This document shows positions 36,340-49,218 of a stretch of 64,000 nt of DNA, one piece after another (the first letter of the stretch is position 1; every line of letters begins with the position of its first letter). Origin of the DNA: Octopus sinensis (taxonomy: Eukaryota); the NCBI RefSeq assembly GCF_006345805.1, contig NC_043016.1, forward strand, positions 21,824,001 to 21,888,000, in the 5' to 3' direction. A model generated the notes under the pieces. That model had not been told where the DNA came from. It worked only from the letters and a program-made list of their open reading frames with translations, and did no database searches. The translations under genes were made by a program, and so were the position numbers.

Positions 36340-38460
36340 GTCTTCCCGATTAAACGTAAGTTCTCCAGCTGTCTTGCCACTCTTACCCAACCAGCTCTTA
36401 GTATTGTTTATCCATTGTGTTCTTTGCCTGCCTCTTGATCTACTACCCTCTATGCTTCTTTCCATGATAATGTTTCCCAGGCCTTGAATCTCTTCTGTTT
36501 GGCTGCACCTGTAGAAATTTTAAAGTTTAGTGAAAATTCAAAAATTTTGCGTATTGATATAATTTTCCATGCTGAATCTCAGAGGCTACTTCACTTTTTC
36601 CAGAAAAAAATTTTTTAAAAAGTTACAGATGTTTAAATTTTGATAAATTTTTTTTACTCAATTAGAAAACAAGATTTGGAAGCTGTCATTTTGTGTGTTT
36701 ACATGTGTTGTCAATTGTAAACAAATGAAATATTGGCAGAATTCTACTTTGCACATGGCATATAACCCCTCATAATTTTTTTATTTTTGTGAATTTTCAG
36801 AAAATTTAGCTATTATTTTTTGCATATCTCATGACCACCTCATATTTCATGTGTTTTAAGCATTTAATAAGTGAAAATTGATTGCTTGGGTAAGCATCTT
36901 GACAACATCTTGACTTGTTACTATGGAAACAGGCACCTGTATGTCTGTGACTTTTGATTGGCTAAAATTACCCAAAATTTGCAAACTTTAAAAGCTATTA
37001 ACTTTTTATTCATTGATTTATGACAAAAATTAATTCCATGTCAATGATTACTGTACAAAACTTTACCAATGCACCAAAATATGAAATTAATTGGAACAAA
37101 AATTGAAGCAATTGAAAAGAGGCAGCCAAGCAGAAAATATCTCAGATTGGTGCTCTTTGAATATGGCCATAATAGATGAACTTTTGTCTTTTCACATTTT
37201 TGGAAGTTATTGTCTTTCACCTAGTTGTAACATTCCTGTCTGATGATCCATGTAAGAGACTCGTATCATTCTCCTGTACACCCACATTTCAAATGTATTT
37301 ATTATGTTCTTTTCAAATTTCTTCAGAGTTCATGATTTGCAACCATAAATGCCTATTGATCAAATGAGAGTTCACACTAACCTTGTTTTTGCTGCTCCAG
37401 ATGTTAAGTTTCTCCATGGATGTTCTTGCCACGACTCGTTGTGTCCTACTTTCTTACATGTATCTTCATTAGAGATTTAGACTCCAAGATATTTGTACAA
37501 TTCAACCTGGCCAGTTTAATGTTAACATTTACTTTCTCTTTTCCTACTGCTATGACCTTTGTCTTTTTTATGTTTGAGATAAAGACCATGTGTATTTGAT
37601 ACTTTTTCGACTCTATCATTTGTAGTCTGATTTCAGTTTTGGTAAACAGAGCAGTATCATTTGCATACCTTCTCACATTATCCAGTATTGCTTCTCACAT
37701 TATCCGCTCAGGGCAGATGTTGAACATGCACAGAGAAGGAATACAACCTGATGAACCCCTTTCCCATTTTTTAACCTTTCTATGTTCTCATTTACTTGAA
37801 TGCAGGACTCTTGCTGGATGCAAAGCTGCTAGATGAGCCTAGTGAGGTATTTTGGATTGCTAAGATAATACATAATGTGCCACATGTGGTTATAGTTCAC
37901 ACATTCAAAAGCCAATGTTGTGTGGTCTTGTTTTTCCTAAAATTGTATGGAGATTGTGCAGATGATCTATTGTGCCATGTCCACTTCTAAAGCCAGCTTG
38001 TTCTTTAGCTATTTCTTATTCAAAGAATGGTTACAAATGTTCTAAGATGTTAATCAAAAGTACTTTACTTGCATGTGGTATTAGAGAAACTGTTTGATAA
38101 TTCTCACACATAAACAGGTCTCTCTCTTTGTATATAGCTACACATTCTGTTGTGCACCAATCTGATGACCATTCCTTCTCTCTCTAGTTCTTACAGAAGA
38201 GGTTGTGGAGTATCATTATGGTACTCTCTCTTACACCCTTGATCAGTTAAATCAGTGCTGCATCTGCACCTGATGCTTTCCTGTTTTTTTAATTTCTAGA
38301 GCTATTTCTACCTCACTTAGTTGTTCAAGTTCTTTCTCATATCCTAAAACTGTGTCAACCAAGGTAACATTGGGATCACTTTCATATTTCTTCTATTTCT
38401 CCTTTCATATTTCTTATGCACAAACCTCCACCAAGGCAACAACAACGTCCTCTCAATGAT
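36340..38460 (-). mobile_element. RTE-like LINE (RT to C-terminus), interrupted by a MITE at 36493-37135
   Basis: RRYANDTAL..NIKKTKV (ORF 37446-37676); YYGHIQR; IEGSRSRGRQRTQW. Confidence 0.8.
36493..37135. mobile_element. Non-autonomous DNA transposon (MITE)
   Basis: 14-bp terminal inverted repeats TTCTGTTTGGCTGC / GCAGCCAAGCAGAA; splits the RTE coding frame. Confidence 0.5.
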
Positions 38461-39035
38461 TAGCCAGAGATGATTTTTAAAATGAGAATATCTGAAATAA
38501 AACCGACTGCTCTAAAAAATTAAGTAAAAAAACAGGAAAAATAATCCAGAATCCTTGTCCAGTACTGGATTGATCCCAGTTTGTGACAGTTACGAGGCCA
38601 AATATCCCTGAAAGTTTCATTCAAATCCATCCAGCGGTTCTTGAAATATCTTGTCCACACACAAATAAAACTAACAAATACAACTGAAAACAATACCTCC
38701 ACCTTCACTAAGTGGAGGCACATGGCCTAGTGGTTAGAGCAGTGGACTTGCGGTCTAGAGATCACAGGTTCGAATCTCAGACCGGGCGATGTGTGTGTTT
38801 ATGAGCGAAACACCTAAGCTCCATGCGGCTCCAGCAGAAGGCAATGGTGAACTTCTGCTGACTCTTTCGCCACAACTTTCTCTCACTCTTTCCTCCTGCA
38901 TCCTGCAGCTCACCTGCGACGGACCGACGTCCTGTCCTAGTGGGGAACCTATACACCAAGAAACCGGGAAACTGGTGCTATGAGCCAGGCGTGGCTTGAG
39001 AAGGAACAAACAACCTTCACTAGGGTGGAGGCAAT
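38460..39035 (+). mobile_element. Helentron/DINE-1-like non-autonomous element with 3' stem-loop, interrupted by a SINE
   Basis: GAAAGTTTCATTCAAATCCATCCAGCGGTTCTTGAAATATCTTG body; hairpin CCTCCAC-CTTCACTAA-GTGGAGG then CAATAA. Family call is from recalled architecture. Confidence 0.45.
38714..39012 (+). mobile_element. tRNA-derived SINE with TSD
   Basis: A box TGGCCTAGTGG, B box GGTTCGAATC. TSD ACCTTCACTA at 38701-38710 and 39013-39022. Confidence 0.85.
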
Positions 39036-39300
39036 AATTTATTATAAAATGAAGGAAGTAAATTGAAACTTTTCAGAATGCTGGATATAACATAAAGAAA
39101 TATGGCTTAATGGTATCCAAGGTTAACAGAAGAAATGTCCAGAGTTCTTTACAAAATGTGATAATTTTCAAATGGTATTTGTGTGGCATATTACAAAATA
39201 TGCACTTACAGTATTTCACAAGGGTAAGAATCAGAAACATGGCAAATGCTTGAGCAGCTACATAATCTAATAGGTTTTAGAATGTACATTCCTTAGAAAA

Positions 39301-42250
39301 GTTACAAGTGGTTGTGAGTTCAGTGAGGGACATAGTAGATAAGTCTTATTGCCTCGAAAGCCTGGCCAGAACTGTTTAAGCTTTCACACGATTCTGGTGA
39401 CAAGATGATGGTGTGTATTTATGTGTGGGTTGAATGACAGTTAGCTGCACTAACCGAATCATGCATACATGGATACTGTTCCACCAAAATGGAATAGTTC
39501 TCCTACAAATGACCCCCTGCTTAGACCGAAAAGGCAATCAAAATAAAGGAAAAAATATAATATTTCAAAAGGTAACACATAAATGCAAAATGAAAAAAGC
39601 AAAATGATGAAAAAGAAGCAAAGTAATGCAGTAAGGTAAACTGAAAACATGCACGAAAGGTGATCCAATGCACTACATCAACCAGTTCAGATATAAATAT
39701 TCTTGCACAGCTTGGTGGGACAATGTACACAACGACCACTACAAGTTGTAGTGATGTATAGGGATGGAGGTGGGAAAGGTGTGTGCAATTGTGAAGGTAG
39801 TGAATGCAAAGGTGTAGCATGTGCTTCATGGTGAACAGTGTATGTGAGTGGAGTATGTGGCTCTGCTGTAAGAGTGTCTGTAAAAGCCAATTTTACTCTA
39901 TCAATTGATACAGTTTCTTTTCTCCCATTAATGTATATGGTGAAAAGTTTGTCAGTGCTGGAAAGGACACAGTAAGGCCCTGTGCATGGTGGTGTGAGAA
40001 GACTTCTCACAGAATCATTGCGAAGAAATACGTGGGTCCTTCAAGACCAAAGATGTAACAGTCTGTTGCTGAGAGGTCATTGGTAGAAGATTGGTGAAAT
40101 ATGAACAAAGTTTGTTGACATAGAGAGCAGAATCTTTGGTGGATAAGTCCACTGAGGCCAGCATCTGATCCAGTAAAGATAACAGTTCTCCTTAAAGTAG
40201 CTTTGCAGGAGAGTATCCAAGATCCTCCTTGACTGCTGAATGGCAGCTCAGAAGAACAATGGATAAGTTCTCACTCCATCGATGTTGGTTAGGATAAGCA
40301 CACAGTGAAGTCTTCAATTGGTGGTGGAAATGTTCCAACATACAATTTGAAGCTGGATGGTAACTAGTAGTCTGAATTCACTACACGCCTAGAATTTTCA
40401 AAAGCTCATGGAAGAGCTGGGATTCAAACTGCCTACCACAGTCAGTGGTTATCGTGGTAGGAACACTGTAGCACAATATTCAACCCAATACCAGGGCTTG
40501 CACTGCTGATTCTGCTGAAATATCACGTAAAGGTACAGTTTCAGGCCAACATGTAAAGTGGTCAATGCATGTGAGGAGATATGTAAAGTCTTCACTGACT
40601 AGCCATGATCCAAGCTGATCGATATGGATGTGGTTCAAACAAGCGTCCAGAGTGGTGCACAGATGTACTTATACATCTATTTCTGACAGAAAAGGCAAGA
40701 ATGTGACCAAGCAGTGATATCTCGTCTCATATTCGACCAGAAGAATCTAGTTGAAATGAGTTTCACTGTGGCTGAAGGTCCAGGATGTAAGTGACTATGC
40801 AGAGTGTGGAAAACAGTCTGACACTGAGTCTCTGAAACAAGAGGGCAAGGTGTATCTGTCAAGATATCACATAATATTTGTGCATCAGAAGTAGGCACAA
40901 GCAAGTACTTAAATTTACATGTCGCAAAGTCAGGTAAAGCAAGATTGATTGACTCTAGGGGTGCCTGATCCACAGAAAGGAGATGGAGGTCAATATCTGA
41001 AGGTGATGACAAAGAATTTGCTTGAAGGTGAGCGAGAGAGCATCTGCCACTGCATTCTGTGCACCAGAGATATGACGAATACCATTGGTAAACTGTGAAA
41101 CAAGCCTAGGTGACAAGCTGCCTGAGGTAAGTATTTGTCAGGCTTAGAATGAAGTGCAAAAGTAAGCAGATGATGTTTGATATAGATCATAAATTGGTGA
41201 CCTTCAAGTGAGTGTCAAAAGTGTCTAACTAACTGCAAAGTACATAGGTCTCCACAATGTGGAATAAAATGGTGATAATAATTAAGAAGACCAAGGAACT
41301 GTCAAAGCAGTCACAAAAAAGTAGGTGGATGAAGATCCTGAAGAACTTTCACTTTATCCAGAAGTGGTGATATTCCATCAGTGCTGATAATGTGGTCCAA
41401 AAGAACAAGTGAAGATGCACCAGAAACATACTTTGCCGGGGTTAATGCCAACTTGACACTACTTAAATTGATCAAAAAGTAGGCGGAGGTAAGTGACATG
41501 TTCTTCAGGTGAAACACTCGCAACCAGAATGTTGTCAATAGGAGTATACAAAGTCAAAATCATGACGACCTCATCCATGAAATGTTGGAAGGTACTGGCA
41601 GAATTTCAAAACTCGAAAGGCATAGCTAAAAATTCAAATACCCCAAAAGGGGTAGTCACAGCAGTCTTTGGTATATCAGCAAGATTCACCGGTATTTAAT
41701 GGTAAGCCTTGACCAAATCCAGTTTTGAAGAGACAGTACACCTGTGGAGAGAAGAAGCAAAATCTTGGATGTGAGCGATTGGATATTGATCCAGCACAGT
41801 GGTCGAATTCAAATGTCTAATGTTCCCAGTAGGATGCCAATATCCAGAGCATTTCGGAACCAAATGTAATGGAGAGGCCCATAGACTGGAAGAAGAGTGG
41901 ATTACCTAAATTGCAACATATGATTGAACTCTGCCTTGGTTGCTTTCAATTTCTCCTAAGGGAGACGACAAGGGCAAGAAAAGGCAGGAGTACCCTTAGT
42001 TTCTATGAAATGTTTGATAGAGTGAGTAGGAGCTCTCACTACCAAGTTCAAATTGGTTAATTCTGGAAAGGAATGTAAAAGCGATTAGTATGGGTCATCA
42101 GAAGCAGCAATAAAGAAAACTGGACTGATTGCCAGAAATGACGGTCTACAACCAGAAAAGTGTTCCACTGATCCTTGTGAAGTGAGCTGGATACTCTGTT
42201 CTGATTTCATTTTGAAGTAAGAGTGTCCCTATTTTTGCCTTTTTTTCAAC
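39301..42250 (-). mobile_element. Ty3/Gypsy LTR retrotransposon A: decayed pol (RT, RNase H, integrase) and putative 3' LTR at 39301-39677
   Basis: DLVKAYH*IPV..IPKTAVTTPFGVFEF; HLHPGPSATVKLISTRFFW..CLFCQK; GPYCVL..ETVSIDRVK. LTR begins TGTAG after a degenerate PPT. Confidence 0.88.
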
Positions 42251-42339
42251 AAACTATTTCGGCTCACTGTTTATCTGTTGTGAGGATATATTTCCTTTTA
42301 TCTCCTGCCTTTCTACTGCTAGCACCCATGATGGCTATG

Positions 42340-45300
42340 AAAGTTAGGATTAGTAATGAGACTGTTTTATGGTGAAGGTGATGTGGTGGCCTGGATAAAT
42401 AAGATGAAGCTTGTGGAAAAGTTGCAGAGCATTCAAGAAGTGGATAATCTTATGCTACTTTACTTAGAGGGAAGTGTGCTGAATCTGTATCTAGAAATCG
42501 ATGGAGCAGATCAGCTGAAAGTGGAGGTTGAAGCAACTGAAGGATGTGTACATGAAAGAAGTGTTCAAAGCCTACAACAATCTTGGGAGAGTGAGATGGA
42601 CTGGTGATCAAGTTAACAACTATGTGAGTGAGATCAGGAGATTAACTGGGTTAACTGGGTTTACAGATGAAGTGATGGAGTAGATTTGAAGCTGGCTTTT
42701 GTGACTGGATTCCCCAATCACATTTCAGTGAGGTTACAGCAGCTGCCAGACATAAACACAATGTTGGTGGGTGACTTAGTGGATAAGATGTGAGGGTTAA
42801 CACAGAACAACAACATGCTATGTTGTGGCAATGGTGATAGTGGATATGAGAAGGATGAAGAGGCAGGTGGTAAATAGCAAAAACAGGAGTATAACATGAC
42901 AGATGTATAAGGGACCATGCTTTAGGTGCTGGGGTCCTGCACGTGGTCACAGACTGTACAAAACCAGAATCTGAAATGGTGTGTTACTGATGTGCCCAGC
43001 CCAGGCACTGCAAGCTATTGCAAACAGGGAATCAAAGAGAGGGGAACTACAAGGCCAGTAGTTCCCCCTGCAATTGATTAGAGGTGCACCTACATTTGTT
43101 GCCCGTAAAAAGGGTCCCAGTGGAGGTAAGGGGAGCATGAGCTCTTGTTGATATGGGTTGCACAACAACCCTGGTGATGTAAAAATGGTAGGGAGATGGG
43201 GAAGAAAAACTAGCCTCAGTGCAGTGGATGGTACATATGTTTGGTGCAAGGTTATCAGTGAAGTAGAGCAAGAAGTACAAGGGACATTGATGAAGTGATT
43301 GTAGTCAGTGAGGTAGTGGATGGGACTGATGTAGTGGCGGGAACTTCTAGGCTGAGTCTGATGGCAAAAAGATGGACAGCGGAGTATTTTTGGAAAGAAG
43401 AGCCTCCCCACAAAACTGAGAGACAGAGTGAATTGCTACAAGCACACTCTGAGAGGAGAGGCTAGGAACAGGTTTGAGAGAGAAGTGGACAGATGGATAG
43501 AGGAGGGTATTTTGATATGATGGGAAGAAGAGGCAACAAGTGGTGTGCTGATGATGATGGCTGTAGTCCAAAGAACAAAGTTTGACTTTTGTGAGCTGAA
43601 CAAGCATGTATCCTGCTAAATATCAGTGGGGCCGCAGATGTATGAGTAGAAAACTTGGGGGAATGGAAGCAAATGACAGGAGCAACTATGATTGTTGACC
43701 TCAGATTAGCACATCTGCAGCTCCACATATTTGAGAAGTTGTGCAAGTACCAACTAGTGAGGTACAAGGGCACAATGTACTGTCTGCCTCAGCTGGTTTT
43801 TGGTCTGAATTCAACACGAAAAATCACAGCAAAGATTCTCACGGTGATTTTGGGGTGAAAGGCCAAAGTTCTTATATTGATGACATCCAGATAGGTTATA
43901 GAGCAGCATCAGCAAAGGAAATTGTGGGTCATCTGAGAAGGTTCAGGTTGACAGCAGAATCACTGAAGGTTATAGAAGGAGGCATGGTACTGGGGGCTCA
44001 GGTTCAAACGAGATAAATCAGGTAGGCTTGTTTCAGAGAAGTAATGAGGTCCCAGGTACAAAGGTATGAATAGGCTACAGCTATTCTTAATGTGTGAGAA
44101 TCTAGTGGGACACTGTTCTGTTGCAGGGTGGCTCCAAACTGCATGTAACTACATCACAAGGCCATCTAAAGAATGAACTGGGATGATAAAGTGGGAGAGA
44201 AGATGGTTATAATTTTGTGAGATGTCTTGGAGTGAGTGAAAACAGAGGATCCAGTGAAAGACAATTGGTATGTGCCTGAAACAGTAAAAGGGACTGTATG
44301 GTGTGATGCAAGTAACATAGCAATAGGAGTCATTCAGGAAATGGGAGTTGTTGAGGTGGAAGACATAGTGTGGCTCAAGAGGAAAGATGACTACAATCAG
44401 TGTAGCTGAACTGGATGCTAAGTTAAATGGTGTGAACCTAGTGCTGGGATAAGGACTGCATGCTATCAAGATTCAGACATTCTATCACCATATAGAGGTG
44501 GGTAGCATAGTAATTATCAACCAGAAGAGGATCGACATGAAAGGAGCTGTGGAAATGATTATTAAGCATCACCTGGGAATCCTGAGGGAGCTAGCTGCTG
44601 AGTTTTGCCTGAAGCTGCCAGTAGTTTTGGTACCTTTGATAAAAAAAATAAGGCTAATGCTCTAACCAGGGTTAAAAAGTACTGGTTGGAGGTGGAAGAG
44701 GATTTATGGAGTGGAGTGGCTGCATCATGTGTCCAGAAGTGAGGAGGTTGTACAACATGCACCACATAGACATCAACAGGAATCTGTTTTTGACTTAGCT
44801 GGCTGACCCTGGTGTCACCAGGGAGAGTGTTGAAAGTTGATAGTTGTGACAGGTGTCAAGCCATGGATCCTGTGCTGAGTGTACATGAAACAGGAAAGAT
44901 TTGAGTGGAGGAAGACACTGGAAGAAGCTAGCGATAAACATGATGCACTATCAGGGAAGGTTGTACTTTTCAATGGTTGACTGTGAGCCAGGGTAAATAG
45001 CAATATGGAGAGAAATCAGGACAGAGACTGCAGCCAAGATTGCAGAGATGGGGAATACAGTATTCCTGGCAAGGGGATCAATAGATGAACTGTTGATGGA
45101 CAAAAGCACAGTATTTCATTTTGAGCAGCTGAAGGATATGCTCAAAAGGTGGAGCATCATGTTTCTTCAGAGCTGCATACAGACCCAGTGGGAAGGAGGT
45201 TGTGGAATGACACACTCACACAATCAAAGTTATAGCTGAGAGGGAGTGAATCTCCCCACTGAGGTAGTTTTTTGGTACAATATGTCACCCAGGGTATGAC

Positions 45301-45640
45301 AAGATGAAGAATCAATCCTGCAAAGAACCGTATTCTAGTATGAATGGAGACACTCCAGAGAGGCACTGCAGCAGTCATTTGTTCAGATCGGAGACAAAGT
45401 GTGGGTTAAACCCCCTAATGCATGGTGCACAATGCTGTGGGAGAAAGGAAGAGTGACTGCAGTTAACGCTCTGAATAACATATCCATCGATAGAATGTTG
45501 CATCACATCTTGGATGTCTGTTGGATTGTTTGCTCCTTTGATAATGAAGGAGTGAGAGAGGCCATCCCCATGACCTTGCAAAGATCTCGAAATAAATACA
45601 GTAACAGCAGGGTTAACAGACTAAAAACTCTTCACTGTCT
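42340..45640 (+). mobile_element. Ty3/Gypsy-like retrotransposon B: gag-pol, decayed, LTRs not seen
   Basis: FYGEGDVVAWINKMKLV (gag); LVDMGCTTTL (protease); DFCELNKHV, IVDL..AHLQL, SSYIDDI (RT); VWCDASNIAIG (RNase H); DELLMDKSTVF, VFWYNMSP, VWVKPPNA (integrase). Confidence 0.85.
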
Positions 45641-45839
45641 TTTAAGGTCAATGTTAGGATATTGCAATCCATTAGATTGACTTTGAATTTAACAAATGAA
45701 GTGATGTCTACTGTATCTTGTTGATTTTGTTATATGTAGAAAAAAAAACATTACAGAACATGACAAAAATCAATAACGATTCCTAATATGTATCAAGAAT
45801 TATGGGTTTACTATAAATATAAAGAAAATCTAATATTGT

Positions 45840-46170
45840 ATTCTTAGGACATCAGATTATCAAAGAATCACTTTCTGCTGTTCCCTAACAAATAGAACTA
45901 TTAATGAAACTTAAAAGCTTCTTCAGAATCTAAAAGCTTGTTCCAAATTATTGGATTATTTGCTTATTATGTGGGATGGACTCCAAGGGTTGTTGATATA
46001 ATACAACCACTGCTTAATTTATCTTTCTCATCTTTATCTTCTGAAGCAATTGTGGCTCTTGAAAATCTGAAGAAAATAATTGCTGATTCTGTACTGTACG
46101 CTGTAAATTCCAAATGCCAGTGGTAGTAGAGTGACTCAGCTGATGAGGCTTCAGTAGCTACTCTCTCCCT
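45840..46170 (+). mobile_element. Ty3/Gypsy fragment C (RT connection / RNase H start)
   Basis: GLFAYYVGWTPRVVDIIQPLL...ALENLKKIIADSVL...VVE. Confidence 0.65.
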
Positions 46171-46229
46171 ACAAGAGTGACACTAAATAGAAAAGGAAGA
46201 CAATGTCCTACTATCAAAAAGGGAACAGA

Positions 46230-46850
46230 CGCTTTCAGGGGCAGTCTGTCTTGAAGAATTCATCTGTTTTTGCCTGGATGACTATGATGAATAAGAGGGA
46301 GGGGGTTGAGGACTTGATCCTTGGTGAACCCACACTTCTACCCAGAATTCTTCACTATACTCGTTGCCAACCCTCACCTTACTGACAGCATCCCTGTACA
46401 GGACTGGTATAGTTGTTACCAACCACTTGTCTATCTCCAGTTTCCAGATTGACCACCAGATAAGGGATCAGGGGACCCTGGCAAAGGCTTTCTCCAAGTC
46501 AACAAAAGCCAAGTACAGAGGATAATCTTTGGCTAGATATTTCTCCTGCAGTTCCCTTACCAGGAATTTAGCATCAGTGGTGCTTCTGCCTGGCACAAAA
46601 CTAAACTGCATCTCATCTAGGCTAACTCTCTCCATAATTAGTTGGGCTATGATCCTCTCTGTAACTTTCATCATCTGATCCAATGATTTGATACCTTAAA
46701 GCATTACCTTTACCCTTGTAGCAGTTAACTATGGTGCTTCTACTCCAGTCATTGGGTATGACTCTTTCATGAACTACCTGATTTATGTTGCCGGTAACAA
46801 GACCATAACCCACACTGCCCAATAGTTTAAGCATCTCAGTGGTGATTTCT
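46230..46850 (-). mobile_element. RTE RT fragment
   Basis: DEMQFSFVPGRSTTDAKFLVRELQEK..AFVDLEKAF. Confidence 0.9.
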
Positions 46851-47109
46851 CTCTTTATCTCTCTTTCGTTTTTCTTTCTTTCTTTCTCTTTCCCTATCTC
46901 TCTTTATGCCTCTTGCCTTCCATCGTGCATCGCCCTCTCTTCCTGCTTCTCTTTCTTTCTTTCTCTCTCTCTCTCTTTACATCTCTCTCTCCTTCTGTCC
47001 TCTCTCTCATCAGAGTTAGTCAATATGGCAACTGCTCTCTATTGTCAGAGGTGAATATACATGCACACATATACATCCATATATGAATATGTATATATAA
47101 GTAAATGTA

Positions 47110-48068
47110 TAGGAGTTGGACACAATAATGGAAATACACTTTTTATTTAACTATTTTTTATATTAACAATATAAGAAATTGAAAACTTTTCAAGTCTGGT
47201 TATGTGTTCATATGCATTATGTATACCTTGTACTTTGTAATATAATCTTCTGCTTTTTTCACAGATATTTACATTTAAATAAGTTAAAATACATAACCTA
47301 TCTGATTTTCAGAGAGGACAAATTGTTGGAGTATGGAAGGCTGGAATTTCAGGCATTTAAACTACTGAATTGTTAATTTTGAGATGTACAGTCTATAAAA
47401 TTATGTTGGGCATATATAGATCAGAACAGAAGGTAAAGCTCAAACAGGAACTGCATAATAGGGAAATGCATTGTGTCTAAAAACCATTGAAATATGACAG
47501 CAAACATCCCATGTCATCTAAAACTGTTTGTTGAGAGCTGGATGCTTTGGAAGCAGGTGTGGGGGTGTGCAATTGCTAAGCCTCTCCTGCATTATATTGA
47601 CACTTATAATGGGAAAAAAATGATGTTTAGACCATCAATGGCTCAATGGAGCAATGTAATTTTTCTGATAGATCATCATTTACTCATTTTCCCCCTCCAG
47701 AATGAATTTATGCCTAGAAACATTCTGCAGAAGCTATCAGCCCTGATTGTTTGGCTATTACCATGAAGCATAGAAGTGGCTCTGGGATGATTTAGGCACC
47801 CATGGAATTCTCTTGGCCCAGATCTCAATACAATCAAACATTTATAGTGCATTTTGGAGCAACAAGTGAGGAATTGCTTCCCTCTTCCATCTTTGCTGGA
47901 AGACCTAAAGAAGACCTGAAGAATGGTTCAAAATTCCTTTAACATATGTTCAGAGCCTGTATGAATCAATTCCTCAACGTTTAAAGTTATAACTGAAGCC
48001 AAAGGTGGACGAATTCCATATTAAATAATAAAACTTCCATTTATCAATGTATTTCTATTCTTTTGTGT
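47110..48068 (+). mobile_element. Tc1 (DD34E-type) transposon remnant with internal deletion
   Basis: Left TIR TAGGAGTTGGACACAATAATGGAAATACAC and a partial right TIR. LSDFQRGQIVG, WSNVIF, PDLNTIKHL, EEWFKIP..QSLYESIPQR..AKGGRIPY*. Confidence 0.8.
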
Positions 48069-48180
48069 GTACACACACACACAAACATTAAGAAACAAAA
48101 ATGAGTTGAGAGAAATAACTGTCAGTGGTATGCATTTGATGTACTTTAACAACAAAGATGAATATGGATATATTAAATAC

Positions 48181-48243
48181 CTTAGAAGATGTATTGTCTT
48201 CCAAAGAAGGTAGAGACCATTGCTTGATGGGAACTGCAACCAG
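48181..48243 (-). CDS. Candidate 63-nt internal exon of an unidentified host gene
   Basis: Acceptor TTTCTTTATCTTCTCATCTCATTTGAAG|, donor AAG|GTATTT, two open frames, non-repetitive context. No homology recognised. Confidence 0.25.
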
Positions 48244-49184
48244 CTTCAAATGAGATGAGAAGATAAAGAAATTTTGTTTGTATGGAGACAAGAGAACAGC
48301 TCTTTGTATCTGTTTCTGCTTTAACGGACTTTATTAAGCCAAATTGCTATCAAGTGAATTTTCTATCATCTCTGGAAGTGGAGATAATTTTAGTAAATCT
48401 ATCTTGAATGGTGTTTATATTTTTGTTCCATTTATCCATAATGTTTAGGCTATAATTACCTTCTACTCTTTTATGTATATGTCAAAGTGTTTTATTCTGC
48501 TAAACATAAGATCAAGCATCTACTGAGCTGATAATGCCTACAGAGGCAAAAACATGTCTACAGCTGTCCTCTTGTCTCCAAACAATCAGAGTGTCTTTTT
48601 CTTAACAGCATATCACTTTTGAAGAACTTTCGATATTTTTCCTTTTCTGATTTTGTGTTGGTTCCAATTGCCACCTAATGATTGTTCTATCTTCCCTGGA
48701 AGCATAAATAATTTCACTTAGTCAAGACATACATATCATGAAGATGATGATGATCATCTTTTAATGTTCATGTTCCATGCTGGGACATGTTGGATAGTTT
48801 GACAGAATCCAGCAGCTCCAAGGACTACATCATGTTTCAGTGTCTGTTTTGGCATTGTTTTTATGGATGAATACCTTTCCTAATGCCAACTACTTTATAG
48901 AGTGTATTGGGTGGAGTTGCCATGCAGTTCACAAGACTAAGTGAAGCTATAGAAAAGAGAAAGGTGGTTTCATGCAAGGAGATGAGAGGTTAAAGTATGA
49001 GAGAAGGAGCCAGAACAGACAAGTTTCTTGGAGTAGAGGAGTTACATGACTACACACATTACAGAAAAAAGGGTGGGAATGCCAGAAGAGGCGCTAGAAA
49101 GCAACATAAAATAGCAGTAATGATGTGTTATGAAGGTGGATCTTCAAGATACAAAAAAGTGAAGTGAGGGAAAAAAGAGCATAA

Positions 49185-49199
<15 letters not shown>

Positions 49200-49218
<19 letters not shown>

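Noticed and set aside
36321-36504. Apparent minus-strand exon with good acceptor (TTTCTACAG) and donor (CAG|GTCAGT)
   Set aside because: The translation is the RTE ORF2 C-terminus with an internal stop, and the acceptor comes from an inserted MITE.
46140-46165. CTGATGAG hammerhead core
   Set aside because: No GAAA or stems follow, and it falls in a Gypsy RNase H coding remnant.
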